A DNA stretch of 64,000 bases. Source: Lama guanicoe. Taxonomy: Eukaryota. Positions 1 through 11,852 of this stretch are shown piece after piece. The DNA is taken from positions 406,676 to 470,675 of the forward strand of contig MU053629.1 of assembly GCA_013239625.1 (NCBI GenBank), in the 5' to 3' direction. Within the stretch, counting starts at the first letter, position 1, and each line of letters begins with the position of its first letter. The notes below the pieces were generated by a model, which was not told the origin of the DNA, did not search any database, and saw nothing but the letters and a program-made list of their open reading frames with translations. Both the position numbers and the translations under genes were made by a program.

Positions 1-1619
1 AGCAAAAAGAACTGATTTTAATATGGAATACCGAATGCTGAATGTTAAGTTCTTTGGCAGTAGGAAAAATAGTGTCACAGAGCATTAGTTTTCAAGGCCT
101 GAAATGAAGTGTCTTACCTCAGCAAGAGAAGCTTTAGAGATATACCACCTTTCAAAGGAGGGGGTCCAAATGGATGGTGACGAGTCGGGGTGCCTGGAGC
201 TGCAGTTTCTCATGGAGAGGTCTGTGGAAGTCCTACTCATTATTGGAATCCTTTGCTTCTGAAGGATGGCCTGTGTCAGAGTTTGGTCCTGACGCTGGCA
301 TCTTCCTTCTCACCCCTCCCTCCCCTTCCAGGAGCCCTGGGGCTGAAGTAGATGCTTGAAAAGGGAAAAGAAGGTGAGCTGGCAGAAGGCAGGGGAGTTG
401 AGAAATCCCAGTTCCTGCTGTATCAGGACTAGTCTGGTGTTGAGAGCCACTGGCCCTGGAGTGCCGAGTTCCCTTCCAAAACTAAGAGGACAAGGACCTT
501 TGCCACAGCTAGTAAGTGCATAGTAAGGACAGGAGAAGGTAGGGGAGTGGCTGGGTTTCCAGGCTTAGTATTCAGAGTTGAAGGTGTGCAGTTGGATGAG
601 TGTATTTTCTGATTTAATCACCATTTGCCCCCTCACTTCATTCTTGCTGTTTCTTCCCTGTCTTGGTTGTAAAAGGATTTGGGTTCCCTGTCAAGTTCTG
701 CCACACAGCTGATAATGTGCTGCTGCTCACAGACCTTCAGTGGCCCCAGTTGTATCGGTAGCTGGACCCCAACCCACCTTTCTAATGTTTTTTTTTTTCC
801 TACTGTCTCCTGCAGAATCTCTGTTCTGGCCGGCCAGCTTCCCAGCGGACCTCTCAGTGTGTCTTTGGAGTCCTCACCCCTCAGCTCTTGATCAGAAAAG
901 ACCCCCCAGCCTGTACCCCTCTTCTCCCAACTCACCACTCTCTTCCCTTCCATACCGGATCCTACTCTCAGACGGCCAGGAGGCAGGAAGCTGGACAGTC
1001 AGGTGCCCTGGAACATTATGAGCACAGCTGAGTTAGCAGGCAGCTTCGCAAGATGATGGTATCTCAAAATCACCATCTTTATAGAAGAAAGACTTATTGC
1101 TTAGTCAACCTGGGGACAAGTTCAATATGTATATAAATTTTCAGCTTAGGGAGGACCCCTCCCAGGATACGAAGTTGGGTGGTAGCTTTTTCCCACCTAA
1201 CATGATATTGTGAGCATTCTTGTATATCACTATATAGTCCTCCTAGCATTTTTTTAAAGCTCAGATCTTGGCTCTCTGTGTTTCATGTGTGGTCTGGGGA
1301 TTCCCTTCCTTTAGAATTGCCTGGGGTACCTGCCAAACTGATGATCCCTGAGCCCTGCTGCAGGCGGAGAGCAGGATGGGGTTTGGTAGGGGTGGCATGG
1401 GACTCCCTGGTGAGATTCTGAGGCTCAGGGAGGTAAGAGGACCTCTGCTTCAGACCCATCCATGTGTGTGCTTCCATCTGCCCCGGGACGCTGGTGTGGC
1501 GTGTGATGGGTAATAGTGGTCCCTTAGCCCTCCGGCCAGATCAGAGTCAGGCTGGGCCAGTAAGAGCTGAAGAAAATCTGGGTTCCTGAGAGGAGGAGTC
1601 TGCACAGCCCTGATGACCG

Positions 1620-2049
1620 GGCCAGGGACTGACTGGTCCTGAGCAAGGGGGCCTCCCTGCTGGCTCCAGCCAACGTTGGGCCCCGTTCACAGGTTCGTGG
1701 GCTTTGAAAATACTTTCTAGCCCTTGACTCTGTCTGGGTAATTATTTTTTGACTGAGCCATTTCTGAAGTCCCCAAATCTCGTTTTGTCTAACTCCTCCA
1801 AGGCCAGTAACCTGCAGCTTTACACCAGAAGGCCAGGGACGACTGGTCCTGAGCAAGGGGGCCTCCCTGCTGGCTCCAGCCAACGTTGGGCCCCGTTCAC
1901 AGGTTCGTGGGCTTTGAAAATACTTTCTAGCCCTTGACTCTGTCTGGGTAATTATTTTTTGACTGTACGTGTCAGAGCCATTTCTGAAGTCCCCAAATCT
2001 CGTTTTGTCTAACTCCTCCAAGGCCAGTAACCTGCAGCTTTACACCAGA
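1620..2049. repeat. Direct tandem duplication, 2 units (1620-1829 and 1831-2049)
   Basis: Base-by-base comparison shows no substitutions; the units differ only by a 1-bp indel (GGGACTGACTGG vs GGGACGACTGG) and a 10-bp indel (TACGTGTCAG at 1966-1975, unit 2 only). Confidence 0.97.
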
Positions 2050-2092
2050 TGCTTATCTGAAGTGAGTCCTGGTCTGGGGCTTCCTGAGTTAG

Positions 2093-2114
2093 GGCGCATG
2101 CGTGTGTGACGTCA
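2093..2114. promoter_or_regulatory. Adjacent NRF1-like (GGCGCATGCGTG) and full CRE (TGACGTCA, 2107-2114) motifs
   Basis: Motifs read directly from the sequence with their CpGs retained. Function is not shown. Confidence 0.3.
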
Positions 2115-2714
2115 TGGTGCGAGCCGACAGGGAAGAACCTTTGTTCGTCCCAAAGGAATCAGGCTGGGTTTTTCTTCCTTCATTGACTTTCACTCGTTGT
2201 TGGGCTTTTTCAATTGCCTGAAGGCAAGTTCACAGCCCTGAGTCCTGGTTGCTCTTTCAGAAAAGAGAGTTGCTTCAGCTGCAGAGACGGTGTGGAACCA
2301 ATGAGCCTCCACTTTTAACCAGCCCGGAGGCCTCCCTGATGCCTGTGGAGATGGGCTCTCTTGACTCCTGTGAGTTCTGTTCCTGGAAGGTTTCTAGAGC
2401 CTGTTGAAGGCTGAGCACAGCATGATGACGGGACCCTTAGAAAGAGGGAGAAGGGAAAGTACAGTGGGGAGGGTGCTTCTGCAGGAACTTGTGAGGCCTG
2501 GGATGGATGGGACCAGGTGAGTGTAAGTCCCGCCTGTTGAGTAGCAAGGCTCCCCTGATCTCATTTTGATTGTCACCTGTGTCTTACTGTTAAGAGTTCC
2601 TCCTAAATTGCGTGATTCTTAGCAGCAAATACCTATTCCATGAAGAATTAGACACAAGAGAGGGAAACACCTAGCTAAACTGGAAATGAGAAGAAAACTG
2701 GCTAGTTTAAAAAC

Positions 2715-2955
2715 AAGTTGTCAAATAGACATAACAAACTTGAGCACTGTAGCCATGTAGGCGCACAGTTCAGGGACAGCAAGTCCATTCACGTGGTTGT
2801 GCAACCATCACCACCATCCATCTCAGACTGGAACTCGGTACTCCTCCTCCCCGCTCCGCTGAGCCCCTGGCAACCACCATACTTCCTTTCTCTATGTATC
2901 CATGCACCTCCTATAAGTAGAATTAGAAAAATATTTGTCCTTTTGTCTCTAGCTT
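2715..2955 (-). mobile_element. Old L1 (L1MB-like) 3' UTR fragment
   Basis: CATTCACGTGGTTGTGCAACCATCACCACCATCCATCTC...GCCCCTGGCAACCACCAT...ATATTTGTCCTTTTG matches the recalled antisense L1MB 3' end. Confidence 0.75.
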
Positions 2956-3201
2956 GTGTGTTTGGGTTCACATTTTTCTGTGTTGATATTTTAAGCCCTC
3001 TAAGTAGCGGAGAATGAACTTGACTTTTCTCTCCAGTGGAGACTGCCCCTCCCCCCTCTGCCTGTCCTTGTTGCCCGGAGTTTCAAGGCCAGTGTACTGC
3101 TTTAGCTAATCCTCTGTGTGGAATGAGCCGACAGCTGGGGGCTCCCAAAGTTTGCTTCCAGCTGTTCTCAGGCTTCAGTATTCTCTCTAGAATGTCGAAC
3201 C

Positions 3202-3390
3202 AGGGTTACCAGATACAGTACACGCTGCCCAGTTGAATTTAAGTCTCAGATGAGTAGCAAATGACTTTATTATAAGTTTGTCCCCAATACGGCATGGGAC
3301 ACGCTTATATTAAGGAATTATTTGTGGTTCCTCTGAAATTCACATTGAGCCACGTATCCTGTATTTTTGTTTGCCAAATCTGGGCAACCC
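3202..3390. mobile_element. MER53 palindromic non-autonomous DNA element (MITE)
   Basis: Ends AGGGTTACCAGAT...ATCTGGGCAACCC, central TGTCCCCAATACGGCATGGGACA and degenerate internal inverted arms match the recalled MER53 consensus. Confidence 0.85.
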
Positions 3391-3512
3391 AATGGTGGAC
3401 ACAGGATCAAGTGGTTCATGGGTAAAAGGCCCTGTTGTGGGCTAGAAAGATCTCAGGAGATGGGTGGATTTGAGGGTAGGGAGAGGTGATTTAGCATTCT
3501 GAATGTACTTTT

Positions 3513-3594
3513 TTTTTTAATGACGGTACTAGGGATTGAACCCAGGACCTCGTGCATGCTAGGCACACACTCTACCACTTAGCTCGAACCTCCC
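3513..3594 (-). mobile_element. Camelid tRNA-Ala-derived SINE (Vic-1-like), short form
   Basis: Reverse complement has a tRNA-Ala-like head (GCTAAGTGGTAGAG...GCATGCACGAGGTCCTGGGTTCAATCCC) and an A-tail; ~14-bp TSD CTGAATGTACTTTT (3499-3512) / CTGAACTTACTTTT (3595-3608). Confidence 0.9.
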
Positions 3595-6500
3595 CTGAAC
3601 TTACTTTTGATGGGATGTTAAAAGCTTGGATCCTAGAAGTAGGATTTTTACGGTAGTAGCGTAAACTTCTGTCTAGGGTGTCTGCAGATAAAGAGGCAGA
3701 AAGTACCTACTAATCAAAATGGCACCATGGCGGGTACCCAGAGTAGGAGCCCGAGCGCAAGGTTGTTTGTTGTCCCTGTGCAGGTGTGCTAGGACACCTG
3801 ACTGTTGGCAGGGATCCAGGGCGAGCGTGTTTGAGAGATTCCGCAGAGCCAGCTGCCTGCCTGCCTGCCTGCCCTGGTTCTCTCGCTGACTGACGGAGCC
3901 AGCTGTGGAGAGGTGGTTTTATGTAGTGTGAAGAGTTGAAACTCGACTCTAAGTTTCCCTCTTGTCCCTTCCGTTTTAACGGTCAACTGTCCTCGCGTTG
4001 ATTCTTTCTGTTGGTACTTGGAGTCAGCCTTCTGTGTAAGAATTCAACAGAAATGCAACTGACGCGGAGTGTTGGCCCTGAGCAAGTCCGGCCGGCACTG
4101 CATCCGTCTTTCTCTGTGTTTTCTGTGTGGCTGTTTTCACTTATTCCCTCCCTCTCAGATTTAGATCCCTGGGGCTGCTTTGCTTCCTCTCCAGTGTTTT
4201 GGAGGACAGAAAATAAGTTTTCAGGGTTGACAAAGAGTGTGAGCCCTTCCTGAGCTGCTGGTGGGTGGGCAGAGAAAATCAGTGTTGGGAGCTCTTCTCC
4301 ACGGGCCGGGCCCACCCACAGGTGTGATCACAGGCCCCCAGCTGCCCGTTGGAGAGCCAGGGGACTGCCTGTGGACGAGGCCTCCTGGGACTCGAGGACA
4401 CGCATGTGCACCATACTTAGTTCACAGCAAAGGCACACACACTTTGTTTTGGGGTTTTGAAGCCCTAGCAATTTGTGGCTCATCTTGGCCTTTTTCTTCC
4501 CTGAGGCTGCACAGTTAATGACTCAGCTCTGATTATGGTCCAGTTGCTTTCTTTCCATTAACACTAGTATATAGAACAGTCCTCAAGCAAATGTGGGTGG
4601 GAGAAATGGAAGAAAGAAGGGCGTGCTCCCAGACCCCAAAAGTGGGATTCAACTGCTGCCCCCAGGCATGGAGGAGGCCAGGCCTTGACCTTGTCGTGCA
4701 CAATGCTTTGGGCTTCCTGGAGGCGTCTGATTGGCAGTGAAGACTGACACCTGGGGGCCCATCTCCTGCAGGGCTTCTGGTTCTCTTGCCAGGAGACTCA
4801 TTGGGAACTTGGGGGCCCCAGCTGGTGGGGATACCTTCATTGAGCATGGGACCATTTTTAGGTCTGGTTATTAGGGCTGGGGCCTCTGGCAGCCTCAGGG
4901 CAAGTGCTTCAAAAGTTGAGTGCTGCATCTGGCCTAACTCTTGGCCCACTACCTTCATCTTGACCTTGGTTGGACAGGGCGTTGGGCAGGAAGGGGTTTT
5001 GTTCTGAGCATTTAGGTCCAGGTCTTTAGTTTAGCTCAGACTTGGCTAGAAGGCTGGTTTCCTTGATTTCAGCCCTTCAGAGAAAGGATGACCCAGGGTA
5101 ACCTAGTAAAGACTGAACGCCTTGGAATAAAGGTGTGTGAAGATGAAGATGCTTCCAGGGTTGTCTTCCCAAGATCCTAGTTTCCTCTGACCATTTGAGC
5201 AAAGGAGGGAGAAAAATAACTGTTATGAAAGAGAACAGTCTTATTTGCTGCTCTTTTTTTTTTTGAGGGTCTGTCATGGGCAAAGGATTACTGCACCTGC
5301 TGGGAGAAATACGGAAGCAGCGAGACCTTGACTCTGCCTGCAGGAGTTTGTGATGAGAGAGGGGCACATAGTCGCTGCAAATGGCAGGTCAGGAGAGTGG
5401 TACCCAAGAGTGAAAGGAAGTGATGGGGGGGCAGCGGAGGTTAGAAGGGTTCATGGAGGTGCAGCCTCAGCTGAGCCTTGAGAATTCTGCAAGACATTGG
5501 GAAGCAGCTGTGAGGGTGTTCTGGATGGGAGAGACGGAAGAAACAAAGACAAAAAGGCGGGGAGGCACACCAGGGAGAAAATCGTGTAGCACAAAGATTG
5601 TTACAAGACTGGGGCTGTAAGCTGCTGGGCTGTGATCATTACTGTCTTTTTTTACCACTAGCATAGTGTCGAGTTAGATGTCAGTTGACAAACTTTAAAA
5701 AAGAGTAACCTATACCTCTTGCCCCTGCTCCTCAGCATCCAGAGCCACCACTGAGCAGAACGCCATCCTGGAAGACCTCCAGCAGCCCTTTGAGGGCCAA
5801 CCCTCACAGCTGCATCCTGAACACCCCCTTCCCATTTTGCTGGTGGTTGTCCCCTCTCCCTTTGGTCTCTGGAGCACCCTATCGCCTTGACCCACCTTCT
5901 TCTCCACCATCACTCCTGTTTCCTGTGGGCATGTGTTTCTGCATCCCCAGGCTTCTGTCCTCCAAGCCTGATCCCCACCCCCCACCTGCTCCCTGTGCCA
6001 AGGGCTTTCTCTCTCGCCCCACCCAGGGTGTCCTGACTGGCTTTCCGCTCTTCCGCAAGCTCCCTTATCCATGCCAGTGCAGCCAGCCCAGCCCCTCGGG
6101 GTTAGGATTCTGCAGTTGTGAACCTCTGAAAGCCCCTGGACTAAAGATCATTCTGCAGACGTCTATTAAGCACCCTCTGGATGCAAGCTGCAGGGGAGAC
6201 CGTAACCACAGGGGCTCATCCAGTCAATATCTGCTTCCCTTCCAGCCTTCTGTTTGCAAGGGCGTCATCCCTTCGAGGCTCTGAATGAGATCTAAATATC
6301 TGCGAAGGCTAAAACCCTACCTGTCCTCTTCTATAACCTCAGACTACCTATGTCCCTGAGTCTCATACTTCCTAGCATTTTGAGCATCTCATGGGATTTC
6401 TAGAGTGGTGGAGGTGGGCGGCAGCAGTTTCAGCCACGTGGGAGGCGGCTGTGCTTTGCCGGAGTGGATCCTCCTCACGGTTAAGCAGGCGGGGTTGGGC

Positions 6501-8064
6501 CTGAGGGTTTGTGTGTTCTCTGGGTCTGCGTCTTGCACAGGCGTCTTTGAATTTGACACCCCTGTCACATAGCCAGTGCCTGGAAACCCTGAAACTATTC
6601 CTGGTATTCATAATTCACATCGGATCGGCTTCGGTGGTATTTATAGCACTCCCCGAGACAAGCCATTGCCAGAGGAGGTAGTGACACTTACCAGGTGCGG
6701 TGTAGGAGACGCAGGGCTGAATGCATGCCTTTTCCGGCTAATTTTAGATTCCCAGTGGTTGGGGATGGGTACGAGTGCTTATCACATAGTCCGTACGTTT
6801 CGGAGGTTCTGATCTCCCTGGGAGACTGGAAGTACAGACATTTGTGGCCATTTGTGGCCCCAGGGTATTGTCTGGAACAGTGTCTCCCTGCCTAGGTTCT
6901 TCCGACTCTGTCCCCTCCTCCTGCCCTCTGTAGGAAAGAGGGCATACAGGGCTCCTTGACATCCTAGCGTGAGGCTGAGGGATGGGGGTTCGGGGCGGGA
7001 GGGGATTTGACAGCAGGGCATCACGCCTTACAAACTAGGTCTTAAGACCTATGAGTGCTGGACACGCTGTCGCTGTTTGGTTTGCCCACACACCGTCTAC
7101 CCTTAGTAGAGGAGTCTCTTCTTGGGTTTCCCTGGGGATTTTTGAGCTGCAGATTCTTTAAGGCAGAGGCAGATGACTATGCAGGGGAGCTGGGTCCTGT
7201 CTTCCTTGAGGGTCCAGCTTTACCAGCAGAAGAGTCTTTCCAAATGACCCACCTCCCTAGGAGAGAGGCTGTGCCCAGGGCGGGACCTTGCTGGGACTGA
7301 GCTGTATGGGATCTGGAGGGCTGGTGTGTGCTGGCACTTCGACCATCTCTAGATGATACACTGAGGGACTGGATAAGGGGAATGTGTGTGGGGGAGTGTG
7401 GAGGCTAACGCTTGCCTGCAGCTTTGTGGGGCCCAGTTGGCAGGTGGAAGAGCCCTAGGGGGGTGACGGGCAGGTGGCCGAGTCACATTTTGCCTCCTTC
7501 TCTGCTTGGCTTTACTAGTCTCTTGAACTCGTCACCTGCTCTGCACACCAGGGACAGAGTCCCTTCAGTTCAGTTCGTTCATGTGGCCTGTGATGACCTG
7601 AGCTACCTGTCCTGGTGTGAAGAGCCCTAGTCGGGAGGCGGCCTTGCCGGAACCAGAACGCTGGGAAAACATTTGCTCGATGATGGTGACGTGACAGTCA
7701 GGGCCGACCTGCTGCTCCGCCCCGACAGTTGTCAGGCCCTGCGCTTTGGAAACCTCACATGAGGCAACAATGGGATCTTTATTCCCGGCAGCTCCCCGAC
7801 CAGCTCTGTTGTGGCTGGGCTGGCATCGCCATCAGGCAAGGGCTCCCGGCGGGGACGGCGACTGGGACAAAGCTGGCTCTTGTGCCTGGGCCTCTTTGCA
7901 CTTTCTCTCCTGGCTGAGGATCAGGCAGGGTCACCCTCCGCACCGCCCCTCGCTCCTTGAGACGCGAATTAGAACTGGCAAGTTTGCAGTCTCTGTCACC
8001 TTGGGGACCTGGGTCCTTCTGTGATTCTAATTTCTCTCTCTGAGCGGGGCCTAATGAGAAATGG

Positions 8065-8099
8065 CAAACGGATTGATTGTCAAACGGATTGATTGTCAA
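8065..8099. repeat. Perfect 16-bp tandem duplication (CAAACGGATTGATTGT x2 + CAA)
   Basis: Read directly from the sequence. Confidence 0.95.
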
Positions 8100-9108
8100 T
8101 CCCCCCTTAGATGTGGCCCTGGGTTTTCCGCACCATCTGGGTAGGGGAGGGGTTCCACAGGATGAAGAAATGTGCGGTCCACGCAGGGTTGTGGGGTCCT
8201 GTCTCACACCAGGCGGTTTCTTACTGTTCTCCTCTCCCCTCCGACTTCCTCCTGACAAGTGGACGCGAGCAGAGGCCGTGGTAGTGAAACCACTGTTCCG
8301 GGGTCTTGTGATTCACGTGGCACAGAGACATTTGGAAACCAGTGGGTGTAGTTTTAAAAAAATAAATAAATAAAATGGAGATCAATTTATCAGCTCTTTC
8401 TACCTTACAGGCTAGAAACGGAGATAGGATGACAAAGTATGAACGTACTTTATTCGTAAAGGGCAGTATTTTGTAAATCAGTAGCTGTATGCCTTTACAC
8501 TATTCCTTAAGCCTCAAATATCCTATGAAATTAATTTTCAACAGAGAAGTTTCTTGGAGTTTGAGGTGGGGCTGTGTGCGCGTACACATGGATGTGTGTG
8601 AGTGCGTGTGCACAGATGTGCTGGGCAAGTTGAGTGTGAACTTCTGTCTTGCAGGTTGATGATAGACTCATGATCTGACTGATGCTTGTGTTTGGGCCTT
8701 GTGGTGCAAAAGAACGTGCAGACCTGTCACTGATGACGGTGTGTCGAGTCTTAGCAGAGGTCCTGGGTGGGCTCAGGTCTCTTCTCTTCCCTCTGATTCT
8801 GCCCTAGTCCTGTGTCCTCCAGATGGCCTGGGGCTGTCTCTGCTCCTACACTTTGTCCTGAGCCCAGAGGCCACTGCGTTGTTACTCATTTGGATTCTTT
8901 TCTTCTTTTTTTCCTGCCCAAGAGGAGTTTCCCTTGAATGATCAATTTTCTTGAAACAATTTGAAAAGAGGAAATTACTCGAAAGAGACAGCAGGTGACC
9001 CATGCTTGTTACTTGCCCTCTGGTGTGACCCAGGGCCTCTGGTCATTTGGTTTTGTGCAGAGTTGTGGCCCCACATGCCTGCCCACGTGCTGGGACTGTC
9101 AGATCGTG

Positions 9109-9474
9109 TGTCTTAGTCCATTTAGGCTGCTGTGAAGTACCACAGACTGGACAGCTTATAAACAAGAGAAATTTATATCGCTGTTCTGGAGGCTGGAAAG
9201 TCCAAGATCAAGGCAGACTTGGAGTCAGGTGAGAGCCCGCTTCCTGGTTCATAGAGAGATGGCCGCCTCCTTGCTGTGTGCTCACAGGGTAGCATGAGCT
9301 AGGGAGCCGACTGGGGCCCCTTTTACAAGGATACTAATCCCATCCGTGAGGGCTCCACCTTCATAACCTAACCACCTCCCAAATGCCCTACCTCCCAACA
9401 CCGTCACACTGTGGGCTAGGATTTGAACATACGAGTTTTCAGGGGTCGGGGATATGAACGCTGAGTCCATGGCA
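9109..9474 (-). mobile_element. ERVL-MaLR solo LTR (MLT1A-like)
   Basis: TGTCTTAGTCCATTTAGGCTGCT...TTCTGGAGGCTGGAAAGTCCAAGATCAAGG...CTAATCCCAT...ACCACCTCCCAAA...CATGGCA is the typical antisense MLT1A/A0 pattern with TG...CA ends. Confidence 0.88.
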
Positions 9475-9799
9475 GACAGTGATTCCTGTCACCTGTTAGC
9501 ATCTAATGTCACTAGTATTAGCATTCAGTCTTGCATTTCTGGGACTATGAAGGGGAGGAAAGTTGTAGCAGAGAGAGGTGTGTCCTGGTGGGTTTCAGCC
9601 TCAGGAAGCCTTAGATGCGTTCACACCACACCTGGGCAACGTGCCAGATGTGTGCAGAGCGGGGCTGGTGTTGCAGACCGACAGCCCATCATCTGAGGAA
9701 GGCTGGATGCTGGGCCTTGTGACAGAATGGAGCTGTTAGTTAGCTCTTTTGAGAAAAAAAAAAGAATCCCATGTTTATTTCAGATGTTCCGTAATGAAG

Positions 9800-10208
9800 T
9801 TTTGTTGAAATAAAATGGAGAAGTAAAAATCATAAATGTACGAGTTGATGCGTTTTCATAAACTCAGCACACCTGTGTAACCTGCCTCCCGATCCAGAAA
9901 GAGAGCATGGCCAGAACCCCAGGCGCCCCTGACAGCCGCTCCATCTCCTCCTCGTAATCACCATCCTGACTTCATGTTTCCTGTCTTTGAACTTTATATA
10001 AACGGAATCATCAAGTGTGTCCTTGTTTCTGGCTGCTTTTGTTCTGCGTGACGTGTGAGAGATCCTTCCACGCTGTGTGTGAGTTGTTGGCGGGTATTCA
10101 GTCCTTTGATTCATCGTGTTGGTCCTTCTATCTGTGGGCATCTTGGTGGTTTCCAGATTTTGGCTCTTACAAACAAGCCGATGGGAAGATTCTTGTACGT
10201 GCATTTTG
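9800..10208 (-). mobile_element. Old L1 (L1ME/L1MD-like) 3' fragment
   Basis: CACACCTGTGTAACC...CCAGAACCCCAG...TTTGAACTTTATATAAACGGAATCAT...GGTGGTTTCCAGATTTTGGCT resembles antisense L1M 3' UTR. Confidence 0.75.
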
Positions 10209-10254
10209 ACACGGATGGATTTATGCTGAGAAGTGATAGTTCAGATGTGGTCGT

Positions 10255-10520
10255 GATTTACTTTCTCCTGGAAGTTTATTCAGTGAGTGTATCGCTCCTG
10301 GGGATCTGCTGTGGGACAAGGTCTGCACCAACCCTGGGCTGACAGCTGGGAGCAAGAAGAACAAGGCCGGGTGGGCGGAGACCCGAGGAGGGGTGGGGCT
10401 GGCAGCTATTTTGGTTGGGCCTCTATAGAGGTGACATTTAAGCTAAGACTTAAAGGATGAAGACCTGCCATCCAGGTGAGTGCCTGCGCCAGAATACTCC
10501 GTGCAGTGGGAAGAACACAG
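10255..10520 (-). mobile_element. L2 fragment (degraded)
   Basis: TTTATTCAGTGAG...GAGGTGACATTTAAGCTAAGACTTAAAGGATGA is a typical antisense L2 motif. Confidence 0.5.
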
Positions 10521-11811
10521 GCTGAAACTCCGACGGAGATGGCTGCTGGCTCAAGAATGGCCTGGCCTGCTCAGCGCAGAAAAGTCCAAATGTTGGCTCG
10601 ACTCTATCTGAGCTGATGAGGTAATGGCCTGGGACAGTCTCTGTAGGAGTTAGGAGGAGGAGGGCTGTTTTGGGTTTTGTTTTTAAAATGATGGTTAAGT
10701 GAGCACCGCAGTGGGCTGTTCCGCAGAGGCCCCCAGGAGAGGGCCGGGTGGCAAGTACCAGGATTCTGCTCTGTTCTGTCCACAGCTGGCCCTTGGCCTC
10801 CGTCTGAAAGGCCTGTGGGCGGTCCAGTTAAAGGAAGCCACGGCGTTGGCAGGTTGCTCCATGAGTTGTCAGGGCCACGTGTTTTGGAAACCGGCACTAC
10901 CTGTTGGGTTCCTGGTGATGAGCCAGTGACTCATCTTCCTGGGCCCTCACAGTCCAGAGTCTCTGCCTGGGAGTTTGCCAGGCATGGATGATAGAGGTAT
11001 TGCCCCTCAGGGATGCTCAGGAAGTCTGCTTAGCCAGAGGGGACGCTGTTTTCGGGAGAAGGGTGGGTTGGTGCAGTAGGCTGAGTAATGAGAGATCCAG
11101 CGGGAGGAAATGGCCCTGAGCTGTGGGTGTGGCTCTTGCCAGCTGGTCCAGGCCTCCTGACTGGGTCCAGGACTGTCCGATCCAAAGTCAGCTTGGTGCG
11201 AGGCCCTGGTGTGCATGGGAACCACGTGCTGGCTGCAGGCTGGGCAGCATCCTCTAGTGATTTCTCATTCCCTCCTGCATTGCCTATGTCTCATCTTTAA
11301 TTAAAATGCCCTTGTTAGGAAATCTTCTAGCTCTTGTGAAAAGCTCTCCTGACCACAGAGCAGCCACCCCCATAAGGAGGGGGATGTAGAAGGAGACACT
11401 AAAGAGCTTCAGATGCCCAAGAATTCCCTTTGTGCTGTGCAGTTGGCCTGATGTCTGTGGCCAGAGAGCCCTGTGGCTCCCTGTAGTGTTGATTCCCCTT
11501 TAGCACAGGGGTGCCTTGCCGTCCCCCAGCCCCACGGCTTTGGTAACCCTTTTCTGAACTTGTGTGGATGTTTTTCTAGTCTCCAGTGTTGTTAGCGAGT
11601 AAAGAAGATAAAAGCCCCTTCTGCATTTAATAAACTACTTGAAACTGTCCTCTTCACGGAGGGAGGCTAAAGCCACCCGCTGCCTCCCCCGTGGCTGAGG
11701 AGTTGTTAGGCGAGCTCTCTGGTGTTCCCCTCTGGGTCCCTCCTTTCTACCCTCCCTTCCTAAAAAATTCGCATTTCTGTGTTTCTGGTATGGATGCTGA
11801 GAGCCAGGGTT

Positions 11812-11852
11812 CCCTGTGAGTGTCAGCGTCCCCTGTGAGTGTCAGCGTCCCC
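11812..11852. repeat. Perfect 19-bp tandem duplication (CCCTGTGAGTGTCAGCGTC x2)
   Basis: Read directly from the sequence. Confidence 0.95.

Noticed and set aside
1524..2021. 165-aa ORF with an internal protein repeat
   Set aside because: The repeat is simply the DNA tandem duplication; non-ATG start and no recognisable domain.
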